In this document: positions 9,370 through 19,103 of the stretch, piece by piece | How the letters are laid out: every line of letters starts with the position of its first letter | Numbering within the stretch: the first letter of the stretch is position 1 | Assembly: GCF_004138485.1 (NCBI RefSeq) | Contig: NZ_RYEV01000004.1 | Coordinates: 163,718 to 195,717, forward strand | DNA length: 32,000 nt | DNA from: Peristeroidobacter soli | GTDB taxonomy: Bacteria; Pseudomonadota; Gammaproteobacteria; Steroidobacterales; Steroidobacteraceae | Reading direction: 5' to 3' | Translations under genes and position numbers: made by a program | Notes under the pieces: model-generated | The model's input: only the letters and a program-made list of their open reading frames with translations | What the model was told of the DNA's origin: nothing | The model's database searches: none

Positions 9370-11061
9370 TCAGTGATTGTCGGTCGGCCGGATCGACTCG
9401 GGTGTGACCGTCGCGCCGAAGATCTCTTTCATGGCACGAATGTTGGGATCGTTCTCGATGGACGAGCGCGCATTCTGCAGCCGGTCATCCGCCGCGGCCT
9501 TGAGCTGACGGGCCGGCGTGTTCATCACCTCACCGCCGCTCGCCTCGCCTTCGACGAACTCCAGCACCACCGACTCGCCGTAGTAGGTGCTCAACGCCTG
9601 CTTCAGTTTCTCTTCCATCATTGCCGTGCGGTAGTGCGCGCCTTCTGGCGCAAGCGACAGACGCACTTTGTTTCCTTGCCGGCCGAGGAACGCGCAATTC
9701 GCCGCGAGCTGACGCGTGATGCCACCGAGGCCCATCTGCGCGACCATCGCATTCCAATCGCCATCGCTGCCCGAGGCCGCCGCCGGTGCGGCGGGTGCCG
9801 CTGGCGCGGACGGCGCAGCGTGCGCCGCCTGAACAGCCGGTGCAGGCGACTGCGTGGGCGCAGGCGCGGCGGCCGCGGCACGCACGGAGGCCGGCACACC
9901 ACCACCGGAAGAGGCACCCGCTGAACGAGCCGGCGCGGGCGCCGCCGACGGCGCACTGCCCGCCGAGGCCACCACTTCCTGCGCGCTGAACGCCAGCATG
10001 CGCAACAACACCATCTCGAATCCACCGCGCGCATCGGGCGCGAGCTCCAGATCGCGACGGCCGACGATGGCGATCTGATAGAACAGCTGCGCATCCTCCG
10101 GCGTGATCGCGGCGGCGAGCTTCTTATAGGTTTCTACGTCATCCGACTCATCGATCTGCAGATCGGGCACAGCCTGCAGCAGCGCGAGCTTCTGTAACAG
10201 CGACGCGAGCTCCGCGAGCACTTCGCGATAGTCCGGCGCGTGCTCATCCAGCTCGTTCACTCGATCGAGCACCTTGCGCGCATCGCGAGCCATCAACGCC
10301 TCGACGATGCCGAACACCTGCGCACGATCCAGCGTGCCGAGCATGGTGCGCGTGTCCTCGGCGGTGAGCTTGCCGCCACCGAACGCAATGACCTGATCGA
10401 GCAGACTGAGCGCATCACGCATGCTGCCCTCGGCAGCGCGCGCGACCATGCGCAGCGCGTCGATTTCGAACTCGATGCTCTCCTGCTCACAGATGAACTT
10501 GAGCCGGTTCAGAATCATCGCCGGCGGAAAGCGCTTCAGGTTGAACTGCAGACAGCGCGACAGCACCGTCACCGGCAGCTTCTGCGGATCGGTGGTCGCG
10601 AGCAGGAATTTGACGTGCGGCGGCGGCTCTTCGAGCGTCTTCAGCAACGCATTGAACGAATGCGTCGAGAGCATGTGCACTTCGTCGATCAGGTAGACCT
10701 TGTAGCGACCACGCGCGGGTGCGTACTGCACGTTGTCGAGCAGCTCGCGCGTGTCGTCGACCTTGGTGCGCGAGGCGGCGTCGACTTCGATCAGGTCGAC
10801 GAAGCGGCCCTCGTCGATCTCGCGACAGGCGCTGCAGACACCGCACGGCGTCGGCGTCATGCCGGTTTCGCAATTCAGCGACTTGGCGAGAATGCGCGCG
10901 ATGGTCGTTTTGCCTACGCCGCGCGTACCGGTGAACAGGAACGCGTGGTGCACCCGCCCGGTCTGCAGCGCGTTCACGAGCGCGCGCATCACGTGATCCT
11001 GGCCAGCCAGCTCAGTAAAACTGCGCGGCCGCCATTTGCGGGCGAGAGCTAGATAGGACAT
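9370..11061 (-). CDS. dnaX: DNA polymerase III subunit tau/gamma
   Basis: MSYLALARKWRPRSF...FTGTRGVGKTT (P-loop)...CGVCSACREI zinc module, then a Pro/Ala-rich linker. The start is set at 11061, because the upstream 47 codons of the track ORF run through the SRP RNA. Confidence 0.95.
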   Translation of the reverse strand: MSYLALARKWRPRSFTELAGQDHVMRALVNALQTGRVHHAFLFTGTRGVGKTTIARILAKSLNCETGMTPTPCGVCSACREIDEGRFVDLIEVDAASRTKVDDTRELLDNVQYAPARGRYKVYLIDEVHMLSTHSFNALLKTLEEPPPHVKFLLATTDPQKLPVTVLSRCLQFNLKRFPPAMILNRLKFICEQESIEFEIDALRMVARAAEGSMRDALSLLDQVIAFGGGKLTAEDTRTMLGTLDRAQVFGIVEALMARDARKVLDRVNELDEHAPDYREVLAELASLLQKLALLQAVPDLQIDESDDVETYKKLAAAITPEDAQLFYQIAIVGRRDLELAPDARGGFEMVLLRMLAFSAQEVVASAGSAPSAAPAPARSAGASSGGGVPASVRAAAAAPAPTQSPAPAVQAAHAAPSAPAAPAAPAAASGSDGDWNAMVAQMGLGGITRQLAANCAFLGRQGNKVRLSLAPEGAHYRTAMMEEKLKQALSTYYGESVVLEFVEGEASGGEVMNTPARQLKAAADDRLQNARSSIENDPNIRAMKEIFGATVTPESIRPTDNH

Positions 11062-11078
11062 GCGGGAACCTTGATGGA

Positions 11079-11190
11079 GACGGCCCGCGCCGGCGCTTCT
11101 CCGGCGCCCGATATCACCGTTACCGTTGCTCCCTTCCGGGCCTGGCGGGGTTCGCGGCTGATCGTCGCGGAGAAACCGACGCGAGCCGCC
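11079..11190 (-). ncRNA. ffs: Small (4.5S-type) signal recognition particle RNA
   Basis: The minus strand reads ...CCGCCAGGCCCGGAAGGGAGCAACGG..., the conserved domain IV with a GGAA tetraloop and AGG/AGCA symmetric loop. By hand, a long hairpin pairs GGCGGCUC (11190-11183) with GGGCCGUC (11086-11079), about 112 nt in total. It sits immediately upstream of dnaX, as in Bacillus scr-dnaX. Ends are uncertain by a few nt. Confidence 0.75.
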
Positions 11191-11231
11191 ATAGAAGCCC
11201 ACGAAAATCGGCAGTCGATTTGAGGCGGCGG

Positions 11232-11237
11232 AATATA
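11232..11237 (-). promoter_or_regulatory. Candidate extended -10 (TGgTATATT) for ffs
   Basis: The minus strand reads TGGTATATT about 40 nt upstream of the predicted mature 5' end. This would imply a processed leader, as is known for 4.5S RNA. There is no convincing -35. Confidence 0.3.
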
Positions 11238-11245
11238 CCAGACGC

Positions 11246-11261
11246 CTACGGTTTGCCGTAG
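11246..11261. promoter_or_regulatory. Palindrome CTACGG-N4-CCGTAG, copy a, overlapping the -35 region of the putative ffs promoter
   Basis: Perfect 6-bp arms. The same arms occur 33 bp away at 11279-11294. Confidence 0.35.
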
Positions 11262-11270
11262 ATCTTGACT

Positions 11271-11294
11271 AACGAAACCTACGGCGCGCCGTAG
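11271..11294 (-). terminator. queF terminator candidate (palindrome copy b plus T-rich tail)
   Basis: On the minus strand, CTACGGCGCGCCGTAG starts 10 nt after the queF stop and is followed by GTTTCGTT. Confidence 0.5.
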
Positions 11295-11304
11295 CGACGC
11301 CCTG

Positions 11305-11793
11305 CTAGCCTCGCCCCCGGTACCCAGGTACGCCCTGGTCCGGCAGCCACAGGTCCTTGGGAGGCGCTCCGGTCTGCCAGAACACATCTATGGGGATGCC
11401 GCCGCGCGGATACCAGTACCCGCCGATGCGCAGCCAGCGCGGTTTCAGGAAGTCCACCAGGCGTGCACCGATGGCGACAGTGCAGTCCTCGTGGAATGCG
11501 CCGTGATTGCGGAACGAGCCCAGGTACAGCTTGAGCGACTTGCTCTCGACCAGCCACTGCCTGGGCACATAGTCGATCACGAGATGCGCAAAGTCAGGCT
11601 GCCCCGTCACCGGACACAGCGAGGTGAACTCGGGCGCCGTGAAGCGCGCAAGATACAGCTTGTCCGGATGCGGATTCGGCACGCGCTCGAGCGTCGCCTC
11701 CTCCGGCGAGGTCGGCCACGCGACGTTCGAGCCGAGCTGACTCACGTGCTCAGCGACATCCGCGCCGCGTTTCTTTTTTGAACCCTTCGCCAT
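11305..11793 (-). CDS. queF: NADPH-dependent 7-cyano-7-deazaguanine reductase (type I QueF)
   Basis: [15 protein letters not shown] (catalytic Cys) and the [20 protein letters not shown] QueF motif. Confidence 0.9.
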   Translation of the reverse strand: MAKGSKKKRGADVAEHVSQLGSNVAWPTSPEEATLERVPNPHPDKLYLARFTAPEFTSLCPVTGQPDFAHLVIDYVPRQWLVESKSLKLYLGSFRNHGAFHEDCTVAIGARLVDFLKPRWLRIGGYWYPRGGIPIDVFWQTGAPPKDLWLPDQGVPGYRGRG

Positions 11794-11796
11794 GGC

Positions 11797-13257
11797 TCAA
11801 AGAATCTCGGACGCGTAGTCCGCCAGGCGCGAGCGCTCACCCCGCATCAGCGTGATGTGCCCGGCGTGCGACCAGTCCCGGAACCGGTTGACCACATAGG
11901 TCAAGCCCGACGTGGTCTCGGTCAGATACGGCGTATCGATCTGCGCGATGTTGCCGAGGCACACCACTTTCGTGCCCGGACCCGAGCGCGTCACCAGCGC
12001 CTTCATCTGCTTGGCGGTGAGATTCTGTGCCTCGTCCAGAATCAGAAACCGATTCAGAAAGGTACGACCGCGCATGAAATTCAGCGAGCGGATCTTGATC
12101 CGGTTGCGCAGCAGATCGTTGGTCGCCGCGCGGCCCCAGTTGCCGCCCTCCTGGCTCTGCGTCAGCACTTCCAGGTTGTCCATCAGCGCGCCCATCCACG
12201 GCTCCATCTTCTCTTCCTCGGTGCCGGGGAGGAAGCCGATATCTTCGCCGAGCGGAATGGTCACGCGCGTCATGATGATTTCGGCGAAGCGATTGCTTTC
12301 CAGCGTCTGCGCCAGCCCCGCCGCGAGCGTCAGCAGCGTCTTGCCGGTGCCGGCCGGGCCGAGAATGGTCACGAAGTCGATCTCGGGATCGAGCAGCAGA
12401 TTCAGTGCGAAGTTCTGTTCGCGATTGCGTGCGTTGATGCCCCAGATGCTGTGCCGCTCGTTGCGAAAGTCCCGGATCAGCTCGAGCACCGCCTCGTTGC
12501 CGTCGATCTTGCGAACGATGGCTTCGATGCCGGTCGCATCCTGCTGATACAGGAACTGATTGACGTGCCAGTCGCGCACCATCGGGCCGTGCACCCGATA
12601 ATAAGTGCGCGTCTGCTCCTGCCAGGAGTGCATGTTCTTGCCATGCTTCTCCCAGAAGTTCGCCGGCAGCTCCTGCAGGCCGGTGTACAGCAGATCGGCG
12701 TCTTCGATGGTCTTGTCGTTGTAATAGTCTTCCGAATAGACGCCGATGATGGACGCCTTGATGCGCAGGTTGATGTCCTTGGACACCAGCGTGACGCGCG
12801 CATCCGGATGTTCCTTCTGCAAGGCCAGCGCCTGACCGAGGATGGCGTTGTCCGCGCCGTGACCGGGCAACGTGTCCGGCAGGCCGCCCACCAGCACTTT
12901 GGTCTGGAAGAACAGCCGGCCGGCGACGGCCTTCTTCTGGCCGTTGATATATTTGCTGGTCGGCAGCTCGATGCCCGCATCGATCGCCGCCTTGTCGACA
13001 CCGACCATGAGCTCATCGAGGAAGCGGCTCACCTGCCGCACGTTGCGCGCCGCCTCCGACAACCCCTTCTTACCGGCGTCGAGCTCCTCCAGCACGATCA
13101 TCGGAATGTAGACGTCGTGCTCGTCGAAACGAAAGATCGAAGTCGGGTCGTGCATCAGGACGTTGGTGTCCAGCACGAAGATCCGTCGCGGGCCGCGTTT
13201 GCCCGGGCGACTGCGCTTGTCGCCGGCCTTGTGTTCGCTCGATTCGGCTCTGGCCAT
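11797..13257 (-). CDS. PhoH-like ATPase with an N-terminal PIN domain (YlaK type)
   Basis: FVLDTNVLMHDP (PIN), GPAGTGKT (Walker A) and LILDEAQN (Walker B). The start is either the ATG at 13257 (AAGGAG 14 nt upstream) or the GTG at 13272 used by the track. Confidence 0.88.
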   Translation of the reverse strand: MARAESSEHKAGDKRSRPGKRGPRRIFVLDTNVLMHDPTSIFRFDEHDVYIPMIVLEELDAGKKGLSEAARNVRQVSRFLDELMVGVDKAAIDAGIELPTSKYINGQKKAVAGRLFFQTKVLVGGLPDTLPGHGADNAILGQALALQKEHPDARVTLVSKDINLRIKASIIGVYSEDYYNDKTIEDADLLYTGLQELPANFWEKHGKNMHSWQEQTRTYYRVHGPMVRDWHVNQFLYQQDATGIEAIVRKIDGNEAVLELIRDFRNERHSIWGINARNREQNFALNLLLDPEIDFVTILGPAGTGKTLLTLAAGLAQTLESNRFAEIIMTRVTIPLGEDIGFLPGTEEEKMEPWMGALMDNLEVLTQSQEGGNWGRAATNDLLRNRIKIRSLNFMRGRTFLNRFLILDEAQNLTAKQMKALVTRSGPGTKVVCLGNIAQIDTPYLTETTSGLTYVVNRFRDWSHAGHITLMRGERSRLADYASEIL

Positions 13258-13311
13258 GAGAGGTGTCGTCACTCCTTACGTGGATATGGACTGCAGAGTA
13301 GAGACTGGGTG

Positions 13312-13884
13312 TTACAGAGCTTTGGCAGCGTCGAGCACGGCCTCGGCGTGACCCGGCACTTTCACCTTGCGCCATTCCTGCCGCAGCACGCCGTCCGCGC
13401 CGATCAGGAACGTGCTGCGCTCCACGCCCATGAACTTGCGACCGTACATGCTCTTCTCCTTGATCACATCGAACAGCTGGCACAGCGCCTGGCTCTCATC
13501 CGAGAGCAGCTCGAACGGGAACCGATACTTCGCCTTGAACTTCTCGTGCGAGGCGATGCTGTCGGTGGAGACCCCGAGAATCACGGTGTTCGCTTTCTTG
13601 AACGCCGGCGCGAGATCGCGGAACGCCTCGCCTTCGGCCGTGCAACCGGTGGTGTTGTCGCGAGGATAGAAATAGATCACGAGGTTCGAGCCCGCCGCCG
13701 CGCTCGACTTCCACGAGCCGCCGCCCGTGACCGCACTGGAGAACGCGGGGACCTTCTTTCCTACCGCGACCTTGCCCGAGCCGCCGCTACTCTTGACCGG
13801 CGCGCTGTTGGCGACCGGGGCTTTCTTCGCAGGCGCTTGCTTGGCCGATTTCTTTGCGGCGACCGAGGTTTTTTTAGCCGGCAT
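13312..13884 (-). CDS. bcp: Thiol peroxidase Bcp (peroxiredoxin) with a Lys/Ala/Pro-rich N-terminal extension
   Basis: The VIYFYPRDNTTGCT peroxidatic Cys motif aligns to E. coli Bcp YFYPKAMTPGCT. About 40 extra N-terminal residues are present (PAKKTSVAAKKSAKQAPAKKAP...). Confidence 0.9.
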   Translation of the reverse strand: MPAKKTSVAAKKSAKQAPAKKAPVANSAPVKSSGGSGKVAVGKKVPAFSSAVTGGGSWKSSAAAGSNLVIYFYPRDNTTGCTAEGEAFRDLAPAFKKANTVILGVSTDSIASHEKFKAKYRFPFELLSDESQALCQLFDVIKEKSMYGRKFMGVERSTFLIGADGVLRQEWRKVKVPGHAEAVLDAAKAL

Positions 13885-13887
13885 TGC

Positions 13888-14415
13888 TTAGGACTTGACG
13901 GGTTCGAGAATGGCGTCGAGGTTCAGCTGATCGCACAAATCCATGAATTCCTCGCGCAACGCCGCGATATGAATCTTGGCTGGAATGTGGACGACCATCT
14001 GTACGGAAAACATTGGCGCGCCGGTATGCGCGGCGGCGTAGCTGCGCGTGTTCAGCTCGGCGATATCGATGCCGCGCGCGCTGAAAAAACCGGCCAGGTT
14101 GTGCACGATGCCCGGCTGATCCAGGCACACCACGTCGACCGAATACGTGACCACGTCCTTGCGCGGCGGCCGCTGGTCGGTGCGCCGGAGACTGATGGTG
14201 ATCCCGGAGGAATCGCTGAGCTTTTTCAGCTCGGTCTCCAGCTTGGCGAGCGTGTGCCAGTTACCGGACACCAGCAACAGCATGGCGAACTCGCTGCCGA
14301 ACGAGCTCATGCGGCTGTCGACGATGTTACCGGAGCAGTCGAGCACCACGCGGGTCAGATCGTAGACCAGACCGGTGCGATCGCTGCCAAGAGCGGAAAT
14401 GACGATGAACTGCAT
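13888..14415 (-). CDS. gcvR: Glycine cleavage system transcriptional repressor GcvR-like (tandem ACT domains)
   Basis: VISALGSDRTGLVYDLTRVVLDCSGNIVDSRMSSFGSEFAMLLLVSGNW parallels the E. coli GcvR N-terminus. The gcvR-bcp/dapA synteny is as in E. coli. Confidence 0.8.
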   Translation of the reverse strand: MQFIVISALGSDRTGLVYDLTRVVLDCSGNIVDSRMSSFGSEFAMLLLVSGNWHTLAKLETELKKLSDSSGITISLRRTDQRPPRKDVVTYSVDVVCLDQPGIVHNLAGFFSARGIDIAELNTRSYAAAHTGAPMFSVQMVVHIPAKIHIAALREEFMDLCDQLNLDAILEPVKS

Positions 14416-14527
14416 CGAGTGCCTGAGCGGGATTTACGGGTCGCCAGTTTACACGCACCGCGCGCTTGGCGTGCCTAACTGCCGTCAACTTTGGTAGGAT
14501 CGCGCCCCTTCCCCTTCGAGGATGACC

Positions 14528-15406
<879 letters not shown>

Positions 15407-15434
15407 ACGAGGCGCTGGCAACCTTTGCTCCATG

Positions 15435-15466
15435 AAAAAGCCCCTTCGCAGGGGCTTTCTTGTTTG
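15435..15466. terminator. Bidirectional rho-independent terminator between dapA and the convergent receptor gene
   Basis: Perfect 9-bp stem AAAGCCCCT-tcgc-AGGGGCTTT (15437-15458), flanked by an A-run on the left and a T-rich tract on the right. Confidence 0.7.
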
Positions 15467-15476
15467 ATGCCGGCGC

Positions 15477-18068
15477 TCAGAATGAACCTTTGATGGCCAG
15501 CTCGAAGCTTCGGGGCGTGCCATAGCGGTTGTTGCCCACCGTCGTGCCGACGGTCTGATAGTAACGCCGGTCCGCCACGTTCTCGATGTTCAGCGCCACC
15601 AGCCACCGGTCCGTGAGGTGATATCTGGCGGCGGAGGAGACGATGGCACGAGCCGGCTCCGTGAACGAGTAATCCACCGAGGTCCCGGGCACGCACGCCT
15701 GGCGCCCGGTCACCGGATTCGGTACGTCAGGGGTACACGTCGTACCCGCCACATAGGTCGCGGTCTGCGCGTTGATGCCGAGGCTCAGCTCCAAACGACG
15801 CCACGCCCCCGACGGTCGCAACGTCGACCAGACCTTCAGCAGATGCTTGGGAGTCTGAGATTGGAACGACGTGCCCTCAATCTCACCGAACGACGAGCCT
15901 TCCTGGGAATTCTGGTTGAAGGTGTAGCTCGCCTGCAGCTCCAACATCGGCAGCACCTGCCCTGCCACCTCCAGGTCCACGCCCTGGCTCAGCATGGAGC
16001 GGTTGGGATCGGCGATGTAGCAACAGGTGCGGCCATTGCCGTAGTTCACACGCGGGACGCTCAGATCCGAGATCCCGAAATTCTTCTGCTCCAGGCGATA
16101 GAAATCGAACGTTGCGGTGAGTCTGCCATCGGCCGATTGCGCCTTCAGGCCCAGCTCCAGGTTGTCTCCGGTCACCGGCGCCAGCGGCTCGCCACTGGCC
16201 GTGAGCTGGTCTGCCTGTCCCCTGTTGATCGAGGCGTAGGAACCGTAGACCGACAGACTCGAAGTGATGTCGTAGATCACCGCGAACTGCGAGGGTTCGA
16301 ATTCATTCCGCCGCCACAGATACACCGTCGGTGCGCGCGGGACGCCACTGCTCGAATAGCTCTGCTGCACCTGTTCGTACTCATACCCGCTCCAGCGCAC
16401 ACCCAACGGAAAATGCCAGCGATCCCACAGCGTCAGGTTGAGCCTCGCGTAGGCGCCCCATTGCTTCTGCCCCATGGCTGGATAGAGCGAGCGCCGGTAG
16501 TCACTCAACGGCTCAGGGAAATCGGTCGGCTCGAAGCTGAAAATATCGGGAATGGAAATGCCCGACTCTCCCGTGAACACATAGAGCTCGTATTCGCCGG
16601 CATCCACGTCCTGGTAGTTCGCCCCGACCGTCAGGCGCTGGCGCTCGCCGAACAGCTCGAACTCGCCGTTCAACGTGGCGTCCGCGACGAATTGTTTGCT
16701 GGAGTAGAACTCCCGCTGCGCCGACAGACTGGTACCGCCGCCTGTCTGCGTGCCGATGGCACCGTACAGCGCCGCGTATTTCAGCTTGGTCTGCTGATCG
16801 GTCCACGTGCTCTTGAGATCCAGGCTCCACCGCTCGCCCAGCCGCTGCTCGGCGCGCAGGAACACCTCGGACGACTCGGTGTCGAAGTAACCCCAGTCGA
16901 CACAGGCACACAGATCCCTGGGCAGGTGCAGATCGGTGCCATCGAGATAGCGCGGCCAGCCTGTCATGAGGGGAATGGAATCGCGCTTCATGGCGCTGCC
17001 GCCGATGCTCAGCAGCGTACCGGGCGACAGGTCGGCCTCGAAAGTGAGCGACTGCGTCTCGAGCGTCGATTCGGCAACGTCGAAGAAATAATCCTGGTCC
17101 TGATAGGTGGCGATGAAGCGCGCGCGCAATCTGCCATCGAACGCGATCGGCCCGGTGGCATCGCCCACCAGTCGATACTTGTTCCAGGAGCCGGCCGACG
17201 CTTCGGTGCTCAGCTGCACATGCGACAGCGGCCGTTTGCGAACCAGGTTGATGGTCGCGCCAGGGTCGCCATAGCCGCTGAACAGGCCATCCGCGCCGCG
17301 CAGCACTTCGACATGGTCGTACTGCGCCATCTCGAACAGATTCTGATAGGAGTAAGTGGCGCCCATCGAGACCGGGGCACTGCCATCGACTTGCACACGC
17401 GTCACCTCAAAAGCACGCGAGTACGGCGTGAGTGGATTGGTACCGCCGCCCAGCATCGTGATGCCAGCCGCTTGATTCAAGACATCGCTCAGCGAGGTGA
17501 GATTCTGATCGTCCATCCGCTGACGCGTGATGACACTCACGGTCTGCGGCGTATCTTTGATGCTCTCGGGAGATTTGGTTCCGATGCTGATCGCACTCGT
17601 CGTGTAGCTGCGCGTGCCTTCGGTCGCGGTGGTATCGGTGCTGCCGTTGATGCCGGCATTCGCGTTGGCGCCCTGCACCCCTTCCACTCGAACCGGGCCA
17701 AGCGTGCGCGAAGCTTCGCGCGACACGCGGATCAGTGTCGCCGTCATGGCGCCGGTGAAGCGGGCTTCGAGGCCGGTGCCCGCGAGCAGCGCGCCGAGCG
17801 CTTCGGTCACCGTGTAGTCACCGGAGATGCCTGCCGTCTTCATGCCGCTCGCAAGATTGCTCGGATACACGAGCTGCATGCGACTGACCTCCGAGAACGA
17901 GCTGAGCGCCTTGCTCAACTCACCCGCGGCGATATCGAAGCGCAGTCGCTGCTGACTCGCGGACTCTTTCTTATCCGATTGCGCGTGTGCCGTTTGTATC
18001 GAACAGATGAGCGCCGCGCCGAGCAATCCGCCTGCAATCACGCCCGCGCCCGCATTGTGTCTGATCAT
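15477..18068 (-). CDS. TonB-dependent siderophore-type receptor with an N-terminal STN signalling domain (FecA-like transducer)
   Basis: After the signal peptide comes an STN-like segment (FDIAAGELSKALSSFSEVSRMQLVYPSNL...TVTEALGALLAGTGLEA), then plug and barrel ending ...AIKGSF. The start is uncertain (18095, 18080 or 18068). Confidence 0.9.
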   Translation of the reverse strand: MIRHNAGAGVIAGGLLGAALICSIQTAHAQSDKKESASQQRLRFDIAAGELSKALSSFSEVSRMQLVYPSNLASGMKTAGISGDYTVTEALGALLAGTGLEARFTGAMTATLIRVSREASRTLGPVRVEGVQGANANAGINGSTDTTATEGTRSYTTSAISIGTKSPESIKDTPQTVSVITRQRMDDQNLTSLSDVLNQAAGITMLGGGTNPLTPYSRAFEVTRVQVDGSAPVSMGATYSYQNLFEMAQYDHVEVLRGADGLFSGYGDPGATINLVRKRPLSHVQLSTEASAGSWNKYRLVGDATGPIAFDGRLRARFIATYQDQDYFFDVAESTLETQSLTFEADLSPGTLLSIGGSAMKRDSIPLMTGWPRYLDGTDLHLPRDLCACVDWGYFDTESSEVFLRAEQRLGERWSLDLKSTWTDQQTKLKYAALYGAIGTQTGGGTSLSAQREFYSSKQFVADATLNGEFELFGERQRLTVGANYQDVDAGEYELYVFTGESGISIPDIFSFEPTDFPEPLSDYRRSLYPAMGQKQWGAYARLNLTLWDRWHFPLGVRWSGYEYEQVQQSYSSSGVPRAPTVYLWRRNEFEPSQFAVIYDITSSLSVYGSYASINRGQADQLTASGEPLAPVTGDNLELGLKAQSADGRLTATFDFYRLEQKNFGISDLSVPRVNYGNGRTCCYIADPNRSMLSQGVDLEVAGQVLPMLELQASYTFNQNSQEGSSFGEIEGTSFQSQTPKHLLKVWSTLRPSGAWRRLELSLGINAQTATYVAGTTCTPDVPNPVTGRQACVPGTSVDYSFTEPARAIVSSAARYHLTDRWLVALNIENVADRRYYQTVGTTVGNNRYGTPRSFELAIKGSF

Positions 18069-18133
18069 TCCCGTCCCCATTTCTTTCGCGACCATCTACG
18101 CCGCAAAAGAGAGACCAGCCAATGAAAATTTCC

Positions 18134-19057
18134 CTAACCGCGCGGCGTGACGATCAACAGGAATGGCAGGCGTCGCAGCTGCAATCCTGAACCGGCGGCG
18201 AGCGCATCCAGACCGCCGTTGAGATCCTGCACCGACAGCGAGCCGCTCATCGGCATCGCCCCGATGTCGTCATCGAGAAGAATGACAAACCCACGACGAT
18301 AGCGCTCGACGATGCGCAGCGTGTCCTCGAGGCTGGTGTGATCGAGCACGATCCGGCCGGCGCGCCACGCACCTTCGGCATGTGAATCGAAGCCGTGCAC
18401 GCTCGCCGTTGTGCCGGCAACGAACTGCGCCGACTCTCCACTCGCAAGCGGCGTGACGGTGTCGTTGAAATCGACCTCGACGCGACCGTCGCTCACGCTC
18501 ACTTGCAGTCGCGCATCGTGTGTATCGACGGTGAACGCGGTGCCGATGTCGCGAATCACGGCATTCATGGCGCGCACCTGGAACGGGCGACCCGCGTCAT
18601 TGGCGATCGCCACGTGCACTCGCCCGGCACTCACTTCGAGCACTCGCGCTCGAGCATCGTTACGAAAATCTACCGCCGCGCCGCTGTCGAGCCACAGCGT
18701 GCTGCCATCGGGCAATCGCGCCTGACGCACCTCTCCGACCGGTGCGCTGAAGTCGTGCTGAAACAGCCACGGCATCACCGCGAGCAGCATACAAGCGGCG
18801 GCCGCGAGCAGCGCCGGGACGATGAATCTAGAGCGTCGCGGTGGCGCGCGGACTGCGGGCTCAACGGCAGCGAGCCCCGCATACATTCGTCGCGCGCGGT
18901 CGAACGCCCGCCGATGCGATGGATCGCGGTTCAACCACTCCTTCAGTTCCGCCACGTCCTGTTGGGAGACGGCGTCGAGCGACAGACGCGCGACCCAGCG
19001 CACCGCTACATCGGTCACGGTCCGCGGATCGTCTACGGCAGCCACGATTGCATCCAT
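18134..19057 (-). CDS. FecR-family anti-sigma factor / transmembrane sensor
   Basis: VAVRWVARLSLDAVSQQDVAELKEWLNRDPSHRRAFDRA is the typical FecR N-terminus, followed by a single TM (FIVPALLAAAACMLLAV) and a periplasmic domain. The start is taken at MDAIVAAV; the track ORF extends to 19150, overlapping the sigma gene. Confidence 0.85.
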   Translation of the reverse strand: MDAIVAAVDDPRTVTDVAVRWVARLSLDAVSQQDVAELKEWLNRDPSHRRAFDRARRMYAGLAAVEPAVRAPPRRSRFIVPALLAAAACMLLAVMPWLFQHDFSAPVGEVRQARLPDGSTLWLDSGAAVDFRNDARARVLEVSAGRVHVAIANDAGRPFQVRAMNAVIRDIGTAFTVDTHDARLQVSVSDGRVEVDFNDTVTPLASGESAQFVAGTTASVHGFDSHAEGAWRAGRIVLDHTSLEDTLRIVERYRRGFVILLDDDIGAMPMSGSLSVQDLNGGLDALAAGSGLQLRRLPFLLIVTPRG

Positions 19058-19103
19058 GGAGAAAGAGAGACCAGTGAGAATGCAAAACCCCAACCTGCCG
19101 GCG

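Noticed and set aside
9370-11061. Programmed -1 frameshift site (A AAA AAG) for a gamma subunit in dnaX
   Set aside because: Reading the gene, I found no A-AAA-AAG heptamer (CTTTTTT on the plus strand), so no claim is made. The Pro/Ala-rich GC repeats around 9780-9960 encode the tau linker and are not a repeat element.
11062-11202. 47-codon N-terminal extension of dnaX
   Set aside because: It runs through the predicted SRP RNA, and canonical DnaX begins at MSYLALARKWRP.
11857-14478. 873-aa plus-strand ORF spanning PhoH, bcp and gcvR
   Set aside because: It is antisense to three well-supported genes and crosses their intergenic gaps. Its composition (R, A, G, H, D rich) is that of a GC-driven open frame.
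15618-18125. 835-aa plus-strand ORF opposite the FecA-like receptor
   Set aside because: Same shadow-ORF pattern. The receptor on the minus strand has signal peptide, STN, plug and terminal Phe signatures.
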